DNA of 64,000 nucleotides from Rebecca billardiae RCC1528 (Eukaryota > Protista > Haptophyta): NCBI GenBank assembly GCA_965240325.2, contig OZ251239.1, positions 868,001 through 932,000 of the forward strand. The letters run 5' to 3'. Below, in pieces: positions 46,786 to 58,065 of this stretch (its first letter is position 1; every line of letters begins with the position of its first letter). The notes beneath the pieces are model-generated. The model ran no database searches, had not been told where the DNA came from, and saw only the letters and a program-made list of their open reading frames with translations. Position numbers and translations under genes: made by a program.

Positions 46786-48723
46786 ATGGCGACGGCGGCG
46801 GGCGCGGAGGAGGTCGCCGAGCTCGCGTGCGCGTACTGCGGCACGTCGCACTTCCTGCACACCAAGGTCACGCGCCTCGAGGACCGCTGCCGCGCCCTCG
46901 AGGCCGCGCTCGAGGACGTCGCCGGCGGCGCGGACGCAAAGGCCGCGCGGCTCGCGCTCGCCGCCGCGCACTACGAGCAGCTGAAGCAGCTCGAGGCGTC
47001 GTGCGCGAGGCGGCTGGGCACGGTCGAGGCGCTCGAGCGCGAGCTCGCCGAGGCGCGTGCCGACGTCTCGCGCGAGCGCGCCGCGCGCGCCGCCGCGGAG
47101 CGCGCCGCCGAGGCGGCGCGATCGGACGCGGACGCCGCGGCGGACGGCCAGCGGGCGCTTGGCGAGGCGGCGGCCGCGGGCGCGGCGGCGCGCGAGGAGG
47201 CGGCGGGCGCCCACGCGCGTGCCGAGGCGCTCGCGCGCGAGCGCGACGCCGCCGCCGCCGACGCGCTCGTCGCGCGCGGCGCCGCGCGCGCGCGCGCGGC
47301 CGAGCTCGCTGCAGCGCACAGCGCACTCGCGCGCGCGCGCGACAGCGCGCGCGCGTTGCGCGCGGGCGCGGGCGGGCTGGCGGCGCTGCGCGCGGCGACC
47401 CAGGCGGAGCTGAATGACGGCCTCGCGCGCCTCCGCGACACCGCCGACGCCATCCTCCTCGGCGCGCGCGCCGCGGCCGACGCCGAGGGTGCGCGCGCGG
47501 CCGCGGAGCTGAGTGCAGCGCGCGACGGCGGCGCGCGCGTGGCAACCGCTGCCGCCGCCGAGGCGGCCGAGGCGCTGGCCGCGGCGCGCGCGGAGGCGGC
47601 GCGCGCCACGGAGCGCGCGGAGGGCGCCGAGGCCGACGCTCTGCGCACGCGCACCGAGCTCGACGCGGCGCGGGCGGCCGCGGCCGACGCGGCGGGTGCC
47701 GTGTCGGCCGACGCGGCGCGCGCGACCGCGGCCGCTGCGGCCGACGCGGCGGCCGCGCGCTCCGAGGCGGCCGCGGCGCGCGAGGAGGCGGCGCGCGCGC
47801 GCGCGCAGGCGGACGCGGCGACCGACGCCACCGCGCGCGACCGCGCCGCCGCCGCGACCGAGCGCGCCGCCGCCGCCGCGGGCGCGCGCGCCGCAGAGGC
47901 GCGCGCGGCTGACGCCCGCGTCGCGTCCGCGTCCGCGGACGGCCGCGCCGCGGCGGCCGCGCTGCGCGCCGCGCTGAGCGAGGCGGAGGCGGAGGCGGAG
48001 CATGCGGCGAGCGGCGCGGCGGCGCGGCGCGCCGAGCGCGACGCCGCGCGCGCCGACGCGGACGCCGCGACGCGCGCCGCCGCCGACGCCACCGCGGCCG
48101 TGGCGCGCTCAGAGCGCGACGCCGCGGCCGCTGCCGAGGGCGCGGCGCGGCACGCGGCCGAGCGGCGCGCGCTGGCGAGCGCGCTGGGTGCGGCGGATGA
48201 GGACGCGCGCGCGGCGCACGACGCGGCGCGAGGGGGGCGTGCGGCGGTGGAGACGGCGTGGCGCGAGGCGGCCGCCGCGCGGCAGCGCGCCGCGGCGGCG
48301 GAGGCGGCGCAGCGCGCGGCGGCGCAGGCGGCGGCAGCAGCAGCTGAGCGCGCGGTCGCCGCGGAGGGCGCGGCCGAAGCGGAGCGCGCGGCTGCGGCCG
48401 CGGCCGCGGCCGCGCCGCCGCCCGCGCCGCCGCCCGCGCCGCCGCCCGCGCCCGCGCTCGCGGCGATGGACGCCGCGCTCGAGCGCATGGCAGGGCACCT
48501 GCGCGCGCGCGAGGCTGAGGTCACCGCCCTCAAGGCGACGGTCGCCGCCGAGTGCGCAGAGCGACAGTCTCTGCTCGAGCGCTTGCACGCGCTCGGTGCC
48601 ACGCCGCCGCCGGCGCGCGGCGCGGTGCGCGGCGCGGTGCCGCGCGCGCTGCCGCCGCTCGGTGCTGCGGAGCGCGGCGGCTCGCGCAGGGCCTCGGCGG
48701 CGCTCACGGCTCGGATGGCCTGA
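46786..48723 (+). CDS. Coiled-coil protein, LEKR1-like
   Basis: N-terminal CAYCGTSHFLH, a long Ala/Glu/Arg coiled coil, and C-terminal LKATVAAECAERQSLLERL. Confidence 0.6.
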   Translation: MATAAGAEEVAELACAYCGTSHFLHTKVTRLEDRCRALEAALEDVAGGADAKAARLALAAAHYEQLKQLEASCARRLGTVEALERELAEARADVSRERAARAAAERAAEAARSDADAAADGQRALGEAAAAGAAAREEAAGAHARAEALARERDAAAADALVARGAARARAAELAAAHSALARARDSARALRAGAGGLAALRAATQAELNDGLARLRDTADAILLGARAAADAEGARAAAELSAARDGGARVATAAAAEAAEALAAARAEAARATERAEGAEADALRTRTELDAARAAAADAAGAVSADAARATAAAAADAAAARSEAAAAREEAARARAQADAATDATARDRAAAATERAAAAAGARAAEARAADARVASASADGRAAAAALRAALSEAEAEAEHAASGAAARRAERDAARADADAATRAAADATAAVARSERDAAAAAEGAARHAAERRALASALGAADEDARAAHDAARGGRAAVETAWREAAAARQRAAAAEAAQRAAAQAAAAAAERAVAAEGAAEAERAAAAAAAAAPPPAPPPAPPPAPALAAMDAALERMAGHLRAREAEVTALKATVAAECAERQSLLERLHALGATPPPARGAVRGAVPRALPPLGAAERGGSRRASAALTARMA

Positions 48724-48871
48724 GCCGGAGCGCCCCGCCTGATGCGGATCGCCAGCAGTGCACTACTAGGGGCGGGTCACGGTACTGACAAAAGTGAGTA
48801 CATCGTCTGGCTGTCGATCTGCATCACATCACACGTATACAGACATTTCCGATGCAGCCGCCGATCCACTG

Positions 48872-48925
<54 letters not shown>

Positions 48926-49030
48926 GACGATGACGACGTGACACGGTCAGGATGCGCGTCGTGCTGTATATATATATAGTCAATATTTTCGACCAAATAA
49001 ATTCCCCTTATATTATTGATAACGCGGGGC

Positions 49031-49137
49031 GTCCGGGTGATCTGAGACTCTGGCGGCCGAAGCCTCCAGCCCTACCCTGGCCAGCCACCAACCAACCACC
49101 ACCCTCACCCAACCTCAAAACCACTGACCGAGACACC
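49031..49137 (+). repeat. Dispersed repeat R4 copy
   Basis: Aligns with 7774-7915. Confidence 0.8.
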
Positions 49138-50014
49138 GCGCCGAACCGCCAAGTGGGCACTAGTTAGTGGCCATGCGACGATATATTTCAAATTCAGCGC
49201 GCAATAATAAAGGTGATCGATGTCGTCTACTCTGAGTGAGTACCGTTGACGACGACGAGCCGGAGGCGCTTATTGCGGCCGGCCGATCCCGATGACTACT
49301 CATCGTCGAACATCGCCAGCAGCGGCCCGCGAATACTGCTATATAGCTGCGTGAAACGCCGCGCCGCGGCGCCGCGCCCACCCGGCGCACCCGGGGTCAC
49401 ACATGACCGACAAGTCGTCAGCATGGATCGCGGGCGGACCCCGGATCATCGGCCTGTCGTGCCCCCGTTAGGGGCCGCCGGGCCTGATGATGCTAGTTAC
49501 ACTCGGACTCTCATCTGTCATCATCAATGATCATCATCACTGCTAGTGCTCGGCGGGCGCGGCCTGCCTGTGTAGTGTCTGCTAGTGACCGTAGCTTGCT
49601 GACTCATTGAGTAACGACACGCTGACACTTCACAGAGAGTGCCAGTAGGCGGGTGTCGTAACGCTGCGCTGATCATACTAGGTCGCGGACCGCCGCGCCG
49701 GGCGGGCCGGCCGGGGCAGTGGCCGTGGGAGTCCGCGCCGGCGGCTGGTCAGCGCCAGCGCCTCGTCGAGCAGTCAGCTCGATGAGCAGCTGGCGAGCCT
49801 GGGCGAGTGGGCGGCGGCACTGATGCTGCCATCAGGGCTGCGGGGCCTCCCGCAGGCCCGCTGGCCGCTGCCAGTGCAGCCGGGCCCGGTCGGCTGCGTG
49901 CGGCCGTCCGCGCGGAAAGTCCGGCCGGCCCGGAGCTGTCGCACCTCAACCACGGCGGATTCAGGCTGATGTCCCTGCGACGGAGCAGTGTGGCGCTGAC
50001 GGAGGCACGCGTCA

Positions 50015-51487
50015 TCAGCAGACACGAGCACGCCACGCCGTCTCGACGCACGTAGGCGTGGCAATCCGCTGGGCGGGCTCGTCTCGCTCGGTCTCGCTCA
50101 TGCCGAGGCCGAGCGCAGCCGACCGCCTGCCGCACGAGTACACGCGACCGTCCGCACGCACGAACAGCGAGTGGGAGAAGCCCATGGCACAGCGCACCAC
50201 GCGGGAGCGGGCGAGGGCACCCACGCGCGACGGGGCACAATGGCCCAACTCTCCAGTTCCCAGCCCCAGCTGGCCCCACCCGTTGTCCCCGAACGTGTGC
50301 ACGCTGCCGTCCGCGCCCAGCACCGCGCTGCTGTGGGAGTCTGTGCACGCTCGCGCGATGCGCACGCCTGCAAGGCCGTCAATCCGTCTGGGCGCGAGCT
50401 GCCGGCGTTTGTCTCCGTGCCCGAGCCAGCCATCCCTGCCATACCCACACGAGTACACCGCCCCCTCGCTGTCCACCACCAGGCTGTGCCGCGTGCCTGC
50501 GCTCACGTGCACGGCGCGCACGCCCGCGAGCGCCTCGATGCGCCGCGGCGTGCGCTGACCCTCCGTGTCGCCGTGGCCGAGCCGGCCCGAGTAGCCGTAC
50601 CCGCACGAGTACACGGCGCCGTGCGCAGATGCAAGTAGCGTGTGTTCAGCGCCCGCGGCCACGCCGCCCACGCGCACGCCGTCCAGCGCCTCGATGCGCG
50701 TCGGCTCCCGCCGCTGCTCCGTGTCGCCGTGGCCGAGCTGGGCGCGCTTGTTCCAGCCCCAGCTGTGCGCACACCCGGCGGCGGTGAGCGCGAGGCTGTG
50801 GTAGTCACCGGCCGAGATGCCGACGACGGGCGCACATGCGAGTAGCTTGACGACCACTGCGAATGCACCCCGGTCCTCTGTGTCGCCCAGCCCCAGCTGG
50901 CCGTGCAAGTTGCGGCCGCAGCAGTACACGGCGCCGGACTCGCTCAGCGCGAGCAGGTGGTCGCTGCCAGCGGCCACCGCGCGCACCCGCAGCGCGCTGA
51001 GAGAGGCGACGCGCGTCGGCACGCGCACTGCCGGCATGCCCGAGTGGCCGGTTGCCGCGTGCGCTTGATACTCTCCCGTTGTCAGCACCCCATCCTCCTC
51101 GTCCTCCTCCTCCTCGCCGCACGTGTGCAGCCCGCCCTCCGCGTCAACGAACGCGCTGAAGTGGATGCCGGCCGCCACGGGAGATGCGTGCGCGCATGCG
51201 AGCTCGAGTACGCGCTCGCGCACGAACAGCTCCTCCGTCCACGTGCTGACTCCGGCGGGTAGTGACGCCGGCAGCGCGCGCTCATGCCCGCGCGCGCGCG
51301 CACGCTCGCGCAGCGCGCTCTCGACCCGCGAGCACCCGCCGGGCGGCGCGGCGTGGAAGAGGCGCGCGGTGGCGTTCAGGCTGGCGAGATCGCGCGGGTG
51401 CAGGTGTGAGAGCGTGCGCTCGAGCACCTCGCGCGGCAGGTCGTCGAGCGCGAGGCGGCGCGCGTGCGCCTGTGCCGTGCCGGCCAT
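50015..51487 (-). CDS. F-box + RCC1-repeat protein
   Basis: LDDLPREVLERTLSHL F-box; repeated AAG.H....G..Y.CG....GQLGHGD blades. Confidence 0.88.
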   Translation of the reverse strand: MAGTAQAHARRLALDDLPREVLERTLSHLHPRDLASLNATARLFHAAPPGGCSRVESALRERARARGHERALPASLPAGVSTWTEELFVRERVLELACAHASPVAAGIHFSAFVDAEGGLHTCGEEEEDEEDGVLTTGEYQAHAATGHSGMPAVRVPTRVASLSALRVRAVAAGSDHLLALSESGAVYCCGRNLHGQLGLGDTEDRGAFAVVVKLLACAPVVGISAGDYHSLALTAAGCAHSWGWNKRAQLGHGDTEQRREPTRIEALDGVRVGGVAAGAEHTLLASAHGAVYSCGYGYSGRLGHGDTEGQRTPRRIEALAGVRAVHVSAGTRHSLVVDSEGAVYSCGYGRDGWLGHGDKRRQLAPRRIDGLAGVRIARACTDSHSSAVLGADGSVHTFGDNGWGQLGLGTGELGHCAPSRVGALARSRVVRCAMGFSHSLFVRADGRVYSCGRRSAALGLGMSETERDEPAQRIATPTCVETAWRARVC

Positions 51488-51622
51488 GCGCCCCAGCGCC
51501 GGACTCGCGAGGTTCCTGACGTTGCTCTCGTCTGCTGACGAAACAAAATACTTACGGCCGGCCGCGCCGCGCCGGTCGGCGCCAACGGCGCGAAGATGCT
51601 TCGTGGTCGTCGTTCGCGTGTA

Positions 51623-51651
51623 CTGTGTCTCTTATTCTTAGTAAACTGTAG
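51623..51651 (+). repeat. Minimal R2 3' terminus
   Basis: GTCTCTTATTCTTAGTAAACTGTAG. Confidence 0.6.
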
Positions 51652-51782
51652 ACACACCGGCGGTAGGTAGTCCGGCTTGATGGGTGCAAGTAGTGAGCAC
51701 GGTGAGCGGTGGGCACACCCGGCACCAAAGAGCAGGAGGGAGGGACGAGGCGGGCGCGGGTCCGAGGCATCACAGCAGCAGC

Positions 51783-52104
51783 ATGTCGACGACAACTTGG
51801 TCACCTGCGGCGGTGCCGCTGCTGCTGCTGCTGCTCGGCGCGCGCCCGAGCGCGGGTATGGCGGACGGCGCGAACGAGAGCACGTGGGCGCTGCTCCCCA
51901 AGACGGCGCTCCCCAAGCTCCCGCACCACCTCGTGCACCACTTCCCCGGCAGCCGCGTCATTGACCGGCTCCAGCCGCTGCCGCCGGGCGCCGCCGCCGA
52001 CGACGGCGAGGGCGACGCGTACGCGCGGCGGCCGCCGGCGAGTGTGGCGGCGAACGCGTCGGCGCCGTTCAACGCGTCGGCGACCCCGCCGTCGCCGCCC
52101 GCGG

Positions 52105-52139
<35 letters not shown>

Positions 52140-53287
52140 GCGGCGCCGCCCTCGCCGCCCGCGGCGCCGCCCTCGCCGCCTGCGGCGCCGCCCTCGCCGC
52201 CCTCGCCGCCCGCGGCGCCGCCCTCGCCGCCGCCTCGGCGGATCTGGCCGCCCGGGCTCGTGCACGTGCACATCGGCCGCGCGGGCGGCACCAGCCTCAC
52301 GCGCGGGCTGCGCGAGCTCTGCGCCTTCGGCCTCTTCCGCGAGCTGATCGAGGTGCACCCGGGGTGCGCGGAGGGCGAGGGCGAGCTGGCGAGCGAGTTC
52401 ATTCCGCCCAGCTGCCACTACGTGCGCGTGGGCGGGCCGCTGCTCGGGCGCGACGCGCTGCGCAGCGGGCTACAGGGCGCGGAGGTGTGCCCGCCGCCGC
52501 CGCCGGGCGCGCAGGCGCCGCTCCCCTTCCTCGAGCGCGCGGGCGCGCAGGCGCGCGTCGCGCGCTCCGTGCCGATTATCCTGTGGGTGCGAGACCCGGT
52601 CGCGCGCTTCGCGTCGTGCTGGAGCGCCACGGTGAACATCGACCGGGACAACCTGGCGCTGCGGGAGCAGATGACGCGCACGCGCGAGCTGCACCAGCTG
52701 ATCAACGGCTCGCTGCTCGAGCTCACGCGCCGGGTGCCCGGACTCATCCCGCTGCGCGACGCGGAGGTGCGCACGGACCTGGACGCCGTGCTCAGCGCGT
52801 GCGCCAAGGTGAGCGCCTCGCCGTGGGAGGCGCTGCGCATCGTGTTCGAGCGGGTGGAGCACGCGCTCACCGGGCTGGCGCACATGGTGGGCGGCGTCTC
52901 GGGGCTGGAGCGGCTGCGCAAGCAGATCGTCTTCGTCGGCACGACCGAGCACTTCGCCGAGAGCTGGGACGCGATGGTGCCGGTCCTAAGCGACGCGCTG
53001 CGCAGGCCGCGCGCGCCCGTCCCGCCCACGCCCGGCCTGCCGCACGAGCGCAACACCAAGTCGGACCGGCCGCAGCGCACGCTCTCGCACTTCTCGGTGG
53101 CGTACCTGCGCGCGTACTTCTCGGACGACCTCGCGTGCATCGCGGCGCTCGTCGAGTGGGGCCTGCTGCCGCGCGAGTATGCGGTCGAGGTCGGCGCCGC
53201 CGCGCCCACCGAAGCCGAGCGGAGGGCGCACACGCTGGCCACGCGCACCGAGTACGAGTACGAGACGCTCGCCGTGCACAGGACGCG

Positions 53288-53353
<66 letters not shown>

Positions 53354-53495
53354 GCCGCCGCCGTTGCCGCCGACCCCGCCCAGCCATCCGCCGCGCGGGC
53401 CGGGCGCGCGCCGGCGCCGCCGCGAGCAGATCAAGGCGGGCCTGCGCGACAGAAACGGCCGCTGGATCGGCGGCGATGGCGGCGGCGAGGACTGA
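51783..53495 (+). CDS. Secreted/Golgi sulfotransferase (Sulfotransfer_2-like) with Pro/Ser-rich stem and poly-Pro tail
   Basis: Signal peptide, (PPSPPAA)n, HVHIGRAGGTSL (5'-PSB), VRDPVARFAS (3'-PB) and FVGTTEHF. Confidence 0.8.
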
Positions 53496-56400
53496 CGAGG
53501 CGGCCGCTCGGGGCTGCCGCTCGCGCGCCGATCGGCGAGATCTCGACCGATCGCCGACCGACCCCTTCGCGCGTTCGCGACGCGCATCACGACCAGCAGC
53601 CCGAGCAGCCGAGAAGTGATCGGGGCGGCGTGCGGCCCACGGCGACCCCGGCACGTTGTTCCGCATGCACATCTCGCACCCCGCCGCCGGCAGCAGGACT
53701 TTACGACCTGAAGACGTTTATGCCAGACCGCGTGGTCCATCATTGAGGATGCTGCTCGGCAAGGTGGGTTGGCGGCGGCGGCAGGCGCGCCGGAATGCCG
53801 CCGCCGCCGCCCATCAATCATCATCGACGAAATCGGCTGCTGCAGTCATGCGTGCGCCGCGTGTGACTGACAACGGGGCGGCGTGCCGGCCGGCGCTGGA
53901 CCGCTGGTGGCGGCAACGGTGGCGGCGCAATGCATGCACACTGCTACAGTCAGCAGCGCAGTCAATCAGTCCTCGTCGTCATCATATATTATATATATAT
54001 AGTGTATTAATACTCATATACTGTGAAGAACTATATATATATACATATATAGTCGTACGTATTATTACGGCCCGCGGTGCAGGGCGGAGCGCGCAGCGTG
54101 GAGCCCGCACCAGCGGGCCCGAACCACGTTTCAAAAAGATCTTTGATCAAGAAAAAAGGGACGGGGGGCGGCGGAAAAAAGGGACGGGGGGCGATTTTTA
54201 GGGCTGGCGGAGACCGGTCGAGTTTCGAGTTTTTGAGATCGCATTGAGAGGTCTATCAGGCCAAAAAAAACTGCGCCCAGCTGATTCCCTTAAGTAAAGT
54301 GCGATCTGGACGTCAGCTGGACGTGACATTAGTGTAACGGTTCGTTACGAGCGAATCGTACTCGTCTTCCCGGATCGCGTGACGTCCGGACTGGGCCACA
54401 TCCGGATCGTCGGAGGTGACGTGCCCCGGCACGAATCCACGATGGGCGATGGCGGATATGCGGGACGGCGCCTGCACGTGCCTCCGGACCCGCCTCCCGC
54501 TTGCTGCTCACGCAGTCTCCCCCCCCCAAGACGGGCCCGGCCCGTGATGTGCGCAGCGGAGGCGCGCGGTCGAAGTCGCGCTTTCGCCGCGTCTGAAAAA
54601 GCGCCGTGGTACCTTTGCGCGCGCTGCGCGCCACTGGGCGCACGGTGGCGGCTGCGCGCCGCCGCGCGGGCCGCATCATCGCGGCCACTGGCGCCACCGC
54701 GAGGCCGCGCGCTCGGGCTGGGCGGGCTGCCAGCCGCGCGTAGGAGCCCGCCGCGCGCGCTCGGCCCGGCTCGCGGCCTACTCGCCGCCCGTGCGCTCGG
54801 CACGCGGCCGGCGCGACCCGGGCGGCGCGGCGCGCGAGGTTCGCGCGCCCGCTCGCCGGGCGCGTGAGCGAGTCGGGCGCGTTCGGTCGGCGGCGCCTGA
54901 GGGAGCGTGTCCCTCACGAGCTGTAGCGAGCCGGGCTCCCTCGCCTCGACGCCCGAGGCGGTGCGCCGCGCGCGTTCTGTGCCGGTCTGCGGCGGCGCAG
55001 TGGCTGCGCTCGCGCACGGACGGCCGCTGGGCTTGGATGGGCGCTCTCGAGCGCGTTTGGCGGCGGATCCCGCGCGGAGCGCTGGGGCAGGCACGGCGAT
55101 CCGCCCTGTTCGCGCCCAGCCCGCCTCGTAACGGAGGCCTTGCCCATCGACCGCTCGCGCACCTCACCGCCGGCGCTAGACCGGAGTCGGGCGTGGGCCG
55201 CACGCGCCGCGCGGGCCGCGCGCGCGCCCGGTCAGCCCACGAAGGTGGCGCGGCATCTGGCGGCACGCGAGGGCAATGCAGTTGCAGCAGCCTACCTTTC
55301 AGCTGGCATCTCTGCTTAGCCGGTCGCACTCGTTTCTCGCCATGCTCAGCGCTCATGCGTCTTCATGCCTGCGGTGCTGGAGGAGTGCCCTCCTGCTGCA
55401 GTCATGACCACTGGCTGCTGCCCTTTGAGTGCGCTAGCTGGCAGCGTTCACAGACATGCGGCGCGCGGCGCATGCTGCTGTCCGCGCCCAATGAGCCCAC
55501 AGCTGCGCAGACCTTGGCACAGCAGGGCACAAAGCGCTGCTATCGCCCATAGCAGTGACTGTGCCGAGCCGACTGAGCACCGGCTGCGCATGCGCACAAG
55601 CTGAGCTAGCAGGCCCAGCTAGAGTGTTGGCGAGCGACATGCGCAGTTGATGCAGCCTGGGCCGCCCGAGCGCAGCCGCGCACGCCCGTCTCACGGCCGT
55701 GCTAGGCATGCCGTGCCCATGGCTGTGTGCGCGCTGTTCACTCAGCAGTGCTGCACATAGACGCTGCAGTGTGCGCGAGCCCGCGCGTGTGCAGTGCCGA
55801 CAGCTCTGCCAGACTCGCCAGAGCCCGAGCAGCAGCACGGATGTAGGGAACGTACACCTGTTGAGCGGACGACGCTGCTTGACACCCGTTGCCATGCGCA
55901 CCTGGGACCACCACCCGGCCTGCTGATGTAGTGTCGACCGTTGAGCTTGAATACTGTGCGATGACCGCGCGAGACTGGACTGGCTGGGCAGCGGCGATGG
56001 CGGCAGAGACGATGGCGGCGACGACGCTCTGGGATCGGCGGCGGACTGGGCGGTGATGATGACGGTGATGACGGCTGTGGACTAGGTGGTGACGACGCTG
56101 GCGGTGATGGTGGTAGCGATGGTGGTGGGATCCGCGGTGGGCTCGGCGGCGGACTGGGAGGAGGGGGCAACTGTGGCGGTGATGGCTGCAGGCTTGGCTG
56201 CGAGCTCGGTGGCAGGCCTGGCGGCGGCGACGGCAGCGTTCTACGCGGCGGGCGTAGCGGCGGAGATGTTGGCAGTGGTGGCGGCGGGTATGCCAGTGGC
56301 GATGGTGGTGGCGACGACGGTTGGCTGGCCGGCGGGCTGGGTGGCACCTGCAGCCAGCCCTTCCAGCAAGCAATGCTGACAATGCGGGCAGCAGTGTCAG

Positions 56401-56986
56401 TCGGGCATGATTCTCAACCGCTCTCGCTACCTGCAGCGCCGCCTCGGCGTGCTCTCTCGCACTGCGACGTCCGCGTGTGACACGGGGCACAGCCTCTGTC
56501 GCCTGACCAGCAGCAGCTCGCCCCACTGAATTGCACTCTGGATGGCACGGCTACACGAGCAGTCACCAATGATGCCTTGGTCTGTCAGGCGGTGACACAG
56601 GCTGGCTGGCGCACTCAGCTCGCCTCTGCCGCGGCAGCAGATGGCGAGCTGCTTGCGCTTGGCGTTTGAGGCAAGGTTGGCCGGCGCGCACAGCTGGTGG
56701 CCCACCACGATCTCGACCTCGGGAGGAAGCGCCTTATGGGCCGAGCAAACTTGCGAGCACACTATGGGCCGGCGCGTTAGCCTGCTCGGCCAGCAACTGC
56801 CGTCCTGGATGCCGAGCCCGAGATGATGTCGGCCAGCATGGTGGGCTGCCTCGGGCCTGCCTCGGGCATACCGTGATGGCGCATGTTCGCTCGGTCGTGT
56901 GCCTAGCCGCATCGGCGCGGGCACGGCATCGGTGATGGCGGCTCTGACCTGTCAGCCAGAGAGTCTCAGCTGACGTGACACCACGA

Positions 56987-58065
56987 GAGGCCACTTCACC
57001 GAAATCCAGGCTGGGGAGGCTAAACGCTGCACTGGTGGGGAGGCTAACAGCCTCCCCGCTCTCCCAGCGTGGGGAGGCTAGCGCTCCGCCGCTCCGGTCT
57101 TTCGCCGCTGACAAAACTTTAGAAAACGAAAGTCGCGCCATGGCGGACCCGGTGTTCCCGCGCGGCGGCGAAAGGGGCGCGGGGCCGGTGGCTCGCGATC
57201 CGAAGGGCAGTAGCTCGCGACCTCGCTTGGGCGGCGGCAGCGGCGCTGTGGCCCGACGTGCACCATCCGCGCGGCTGTGCGCGATCGCGCGGTCCCGTTC
57301 GTCGCCACGTCACGCGCGACCGTTCACGCCACAGCCTTTCCGCACTGGCATGCACCCCTTGCAAGCGCATGACGGCGGAGAGCTCAGAGAGCCCGTCACG
57401 CGCGTGCCGACCGTGTGGGATGGGTTGTGCCGATGTGAACGCTGCCTTCGTAGGCTTTCTGATGAGCCCATCCAACGTTCAGACCATTCCTAACTGCTGC
57501 AAGATGAGTCATCGCCTGCCACGCGGCCATGGAGTTGTGGACAGTACAGCAGCCATTCATGATCCTCATGCCCGCCTCATGGGCCGGCGCGTGCCTCCCT
57601 GACCATGGAGACAAGCTGTACAACCCATCCCACACGGTCGTCACGCGCGTGACGGGCTCTCTGAGCTCTCCGCCGTCATGCGCTTGCAAGGGGTGCATGC
57701 CAGTGCGGAAAGGCTGTGGCGTGAACGGTCGCGCGTGACGTGGCGACGAACGGGACCGCGCGATCGCGCACAGCCGCGCGGATGGTGCACGTCGGGCCAC
57801 AGCGCCGCTGCCGCCGCCCAAGCGAGGTCGCGAGCTACTGCCCTTCGGATCGCGAGCCACCGGCCCCGCGCCCCTTTCGCCGCCGCGCGGGAACACCGGG
57901 TCCGCCATGGCGCGACTTTCGTTTTCTAAAGTTTTGTCAGCGGCGAAAGACCGGAGCGGCGGAGCGCTAGCCTCCCCACGCTGGTCAGGAGAGCGGGGAG
58001 GCTGTTAGCCTCCCCACCAGTGCAGCGTTTAGCCTCCCCAGCCTGGATTTCGGTGAAGTGGCCTC
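56987..58065. mobile_element. Foldback MITE 1 (GAGGCC termini, ~440-bp TIRs, 5-bp TSD CACGA)
   Basis: TIRs at 56987-57428 and 57620-58065; CACGA at 56982-56986 and 58066-58070. Confidence 0.92.

Noticed and set aside
48780-48921. Further putative retroposon tails next to simple repeats (also 21921-21970, ~5935-5975)
   Set aside because: Each occurs once in this window, so repeat status cannot be shown here.
25155-53495. Glycan biosynthetic gene cluster (GT69-RmlD, GT-A, sulfotransferase)
   Set aside because: The genes are interspersed with housekeeping genes, and such families are typically expanded in algae.
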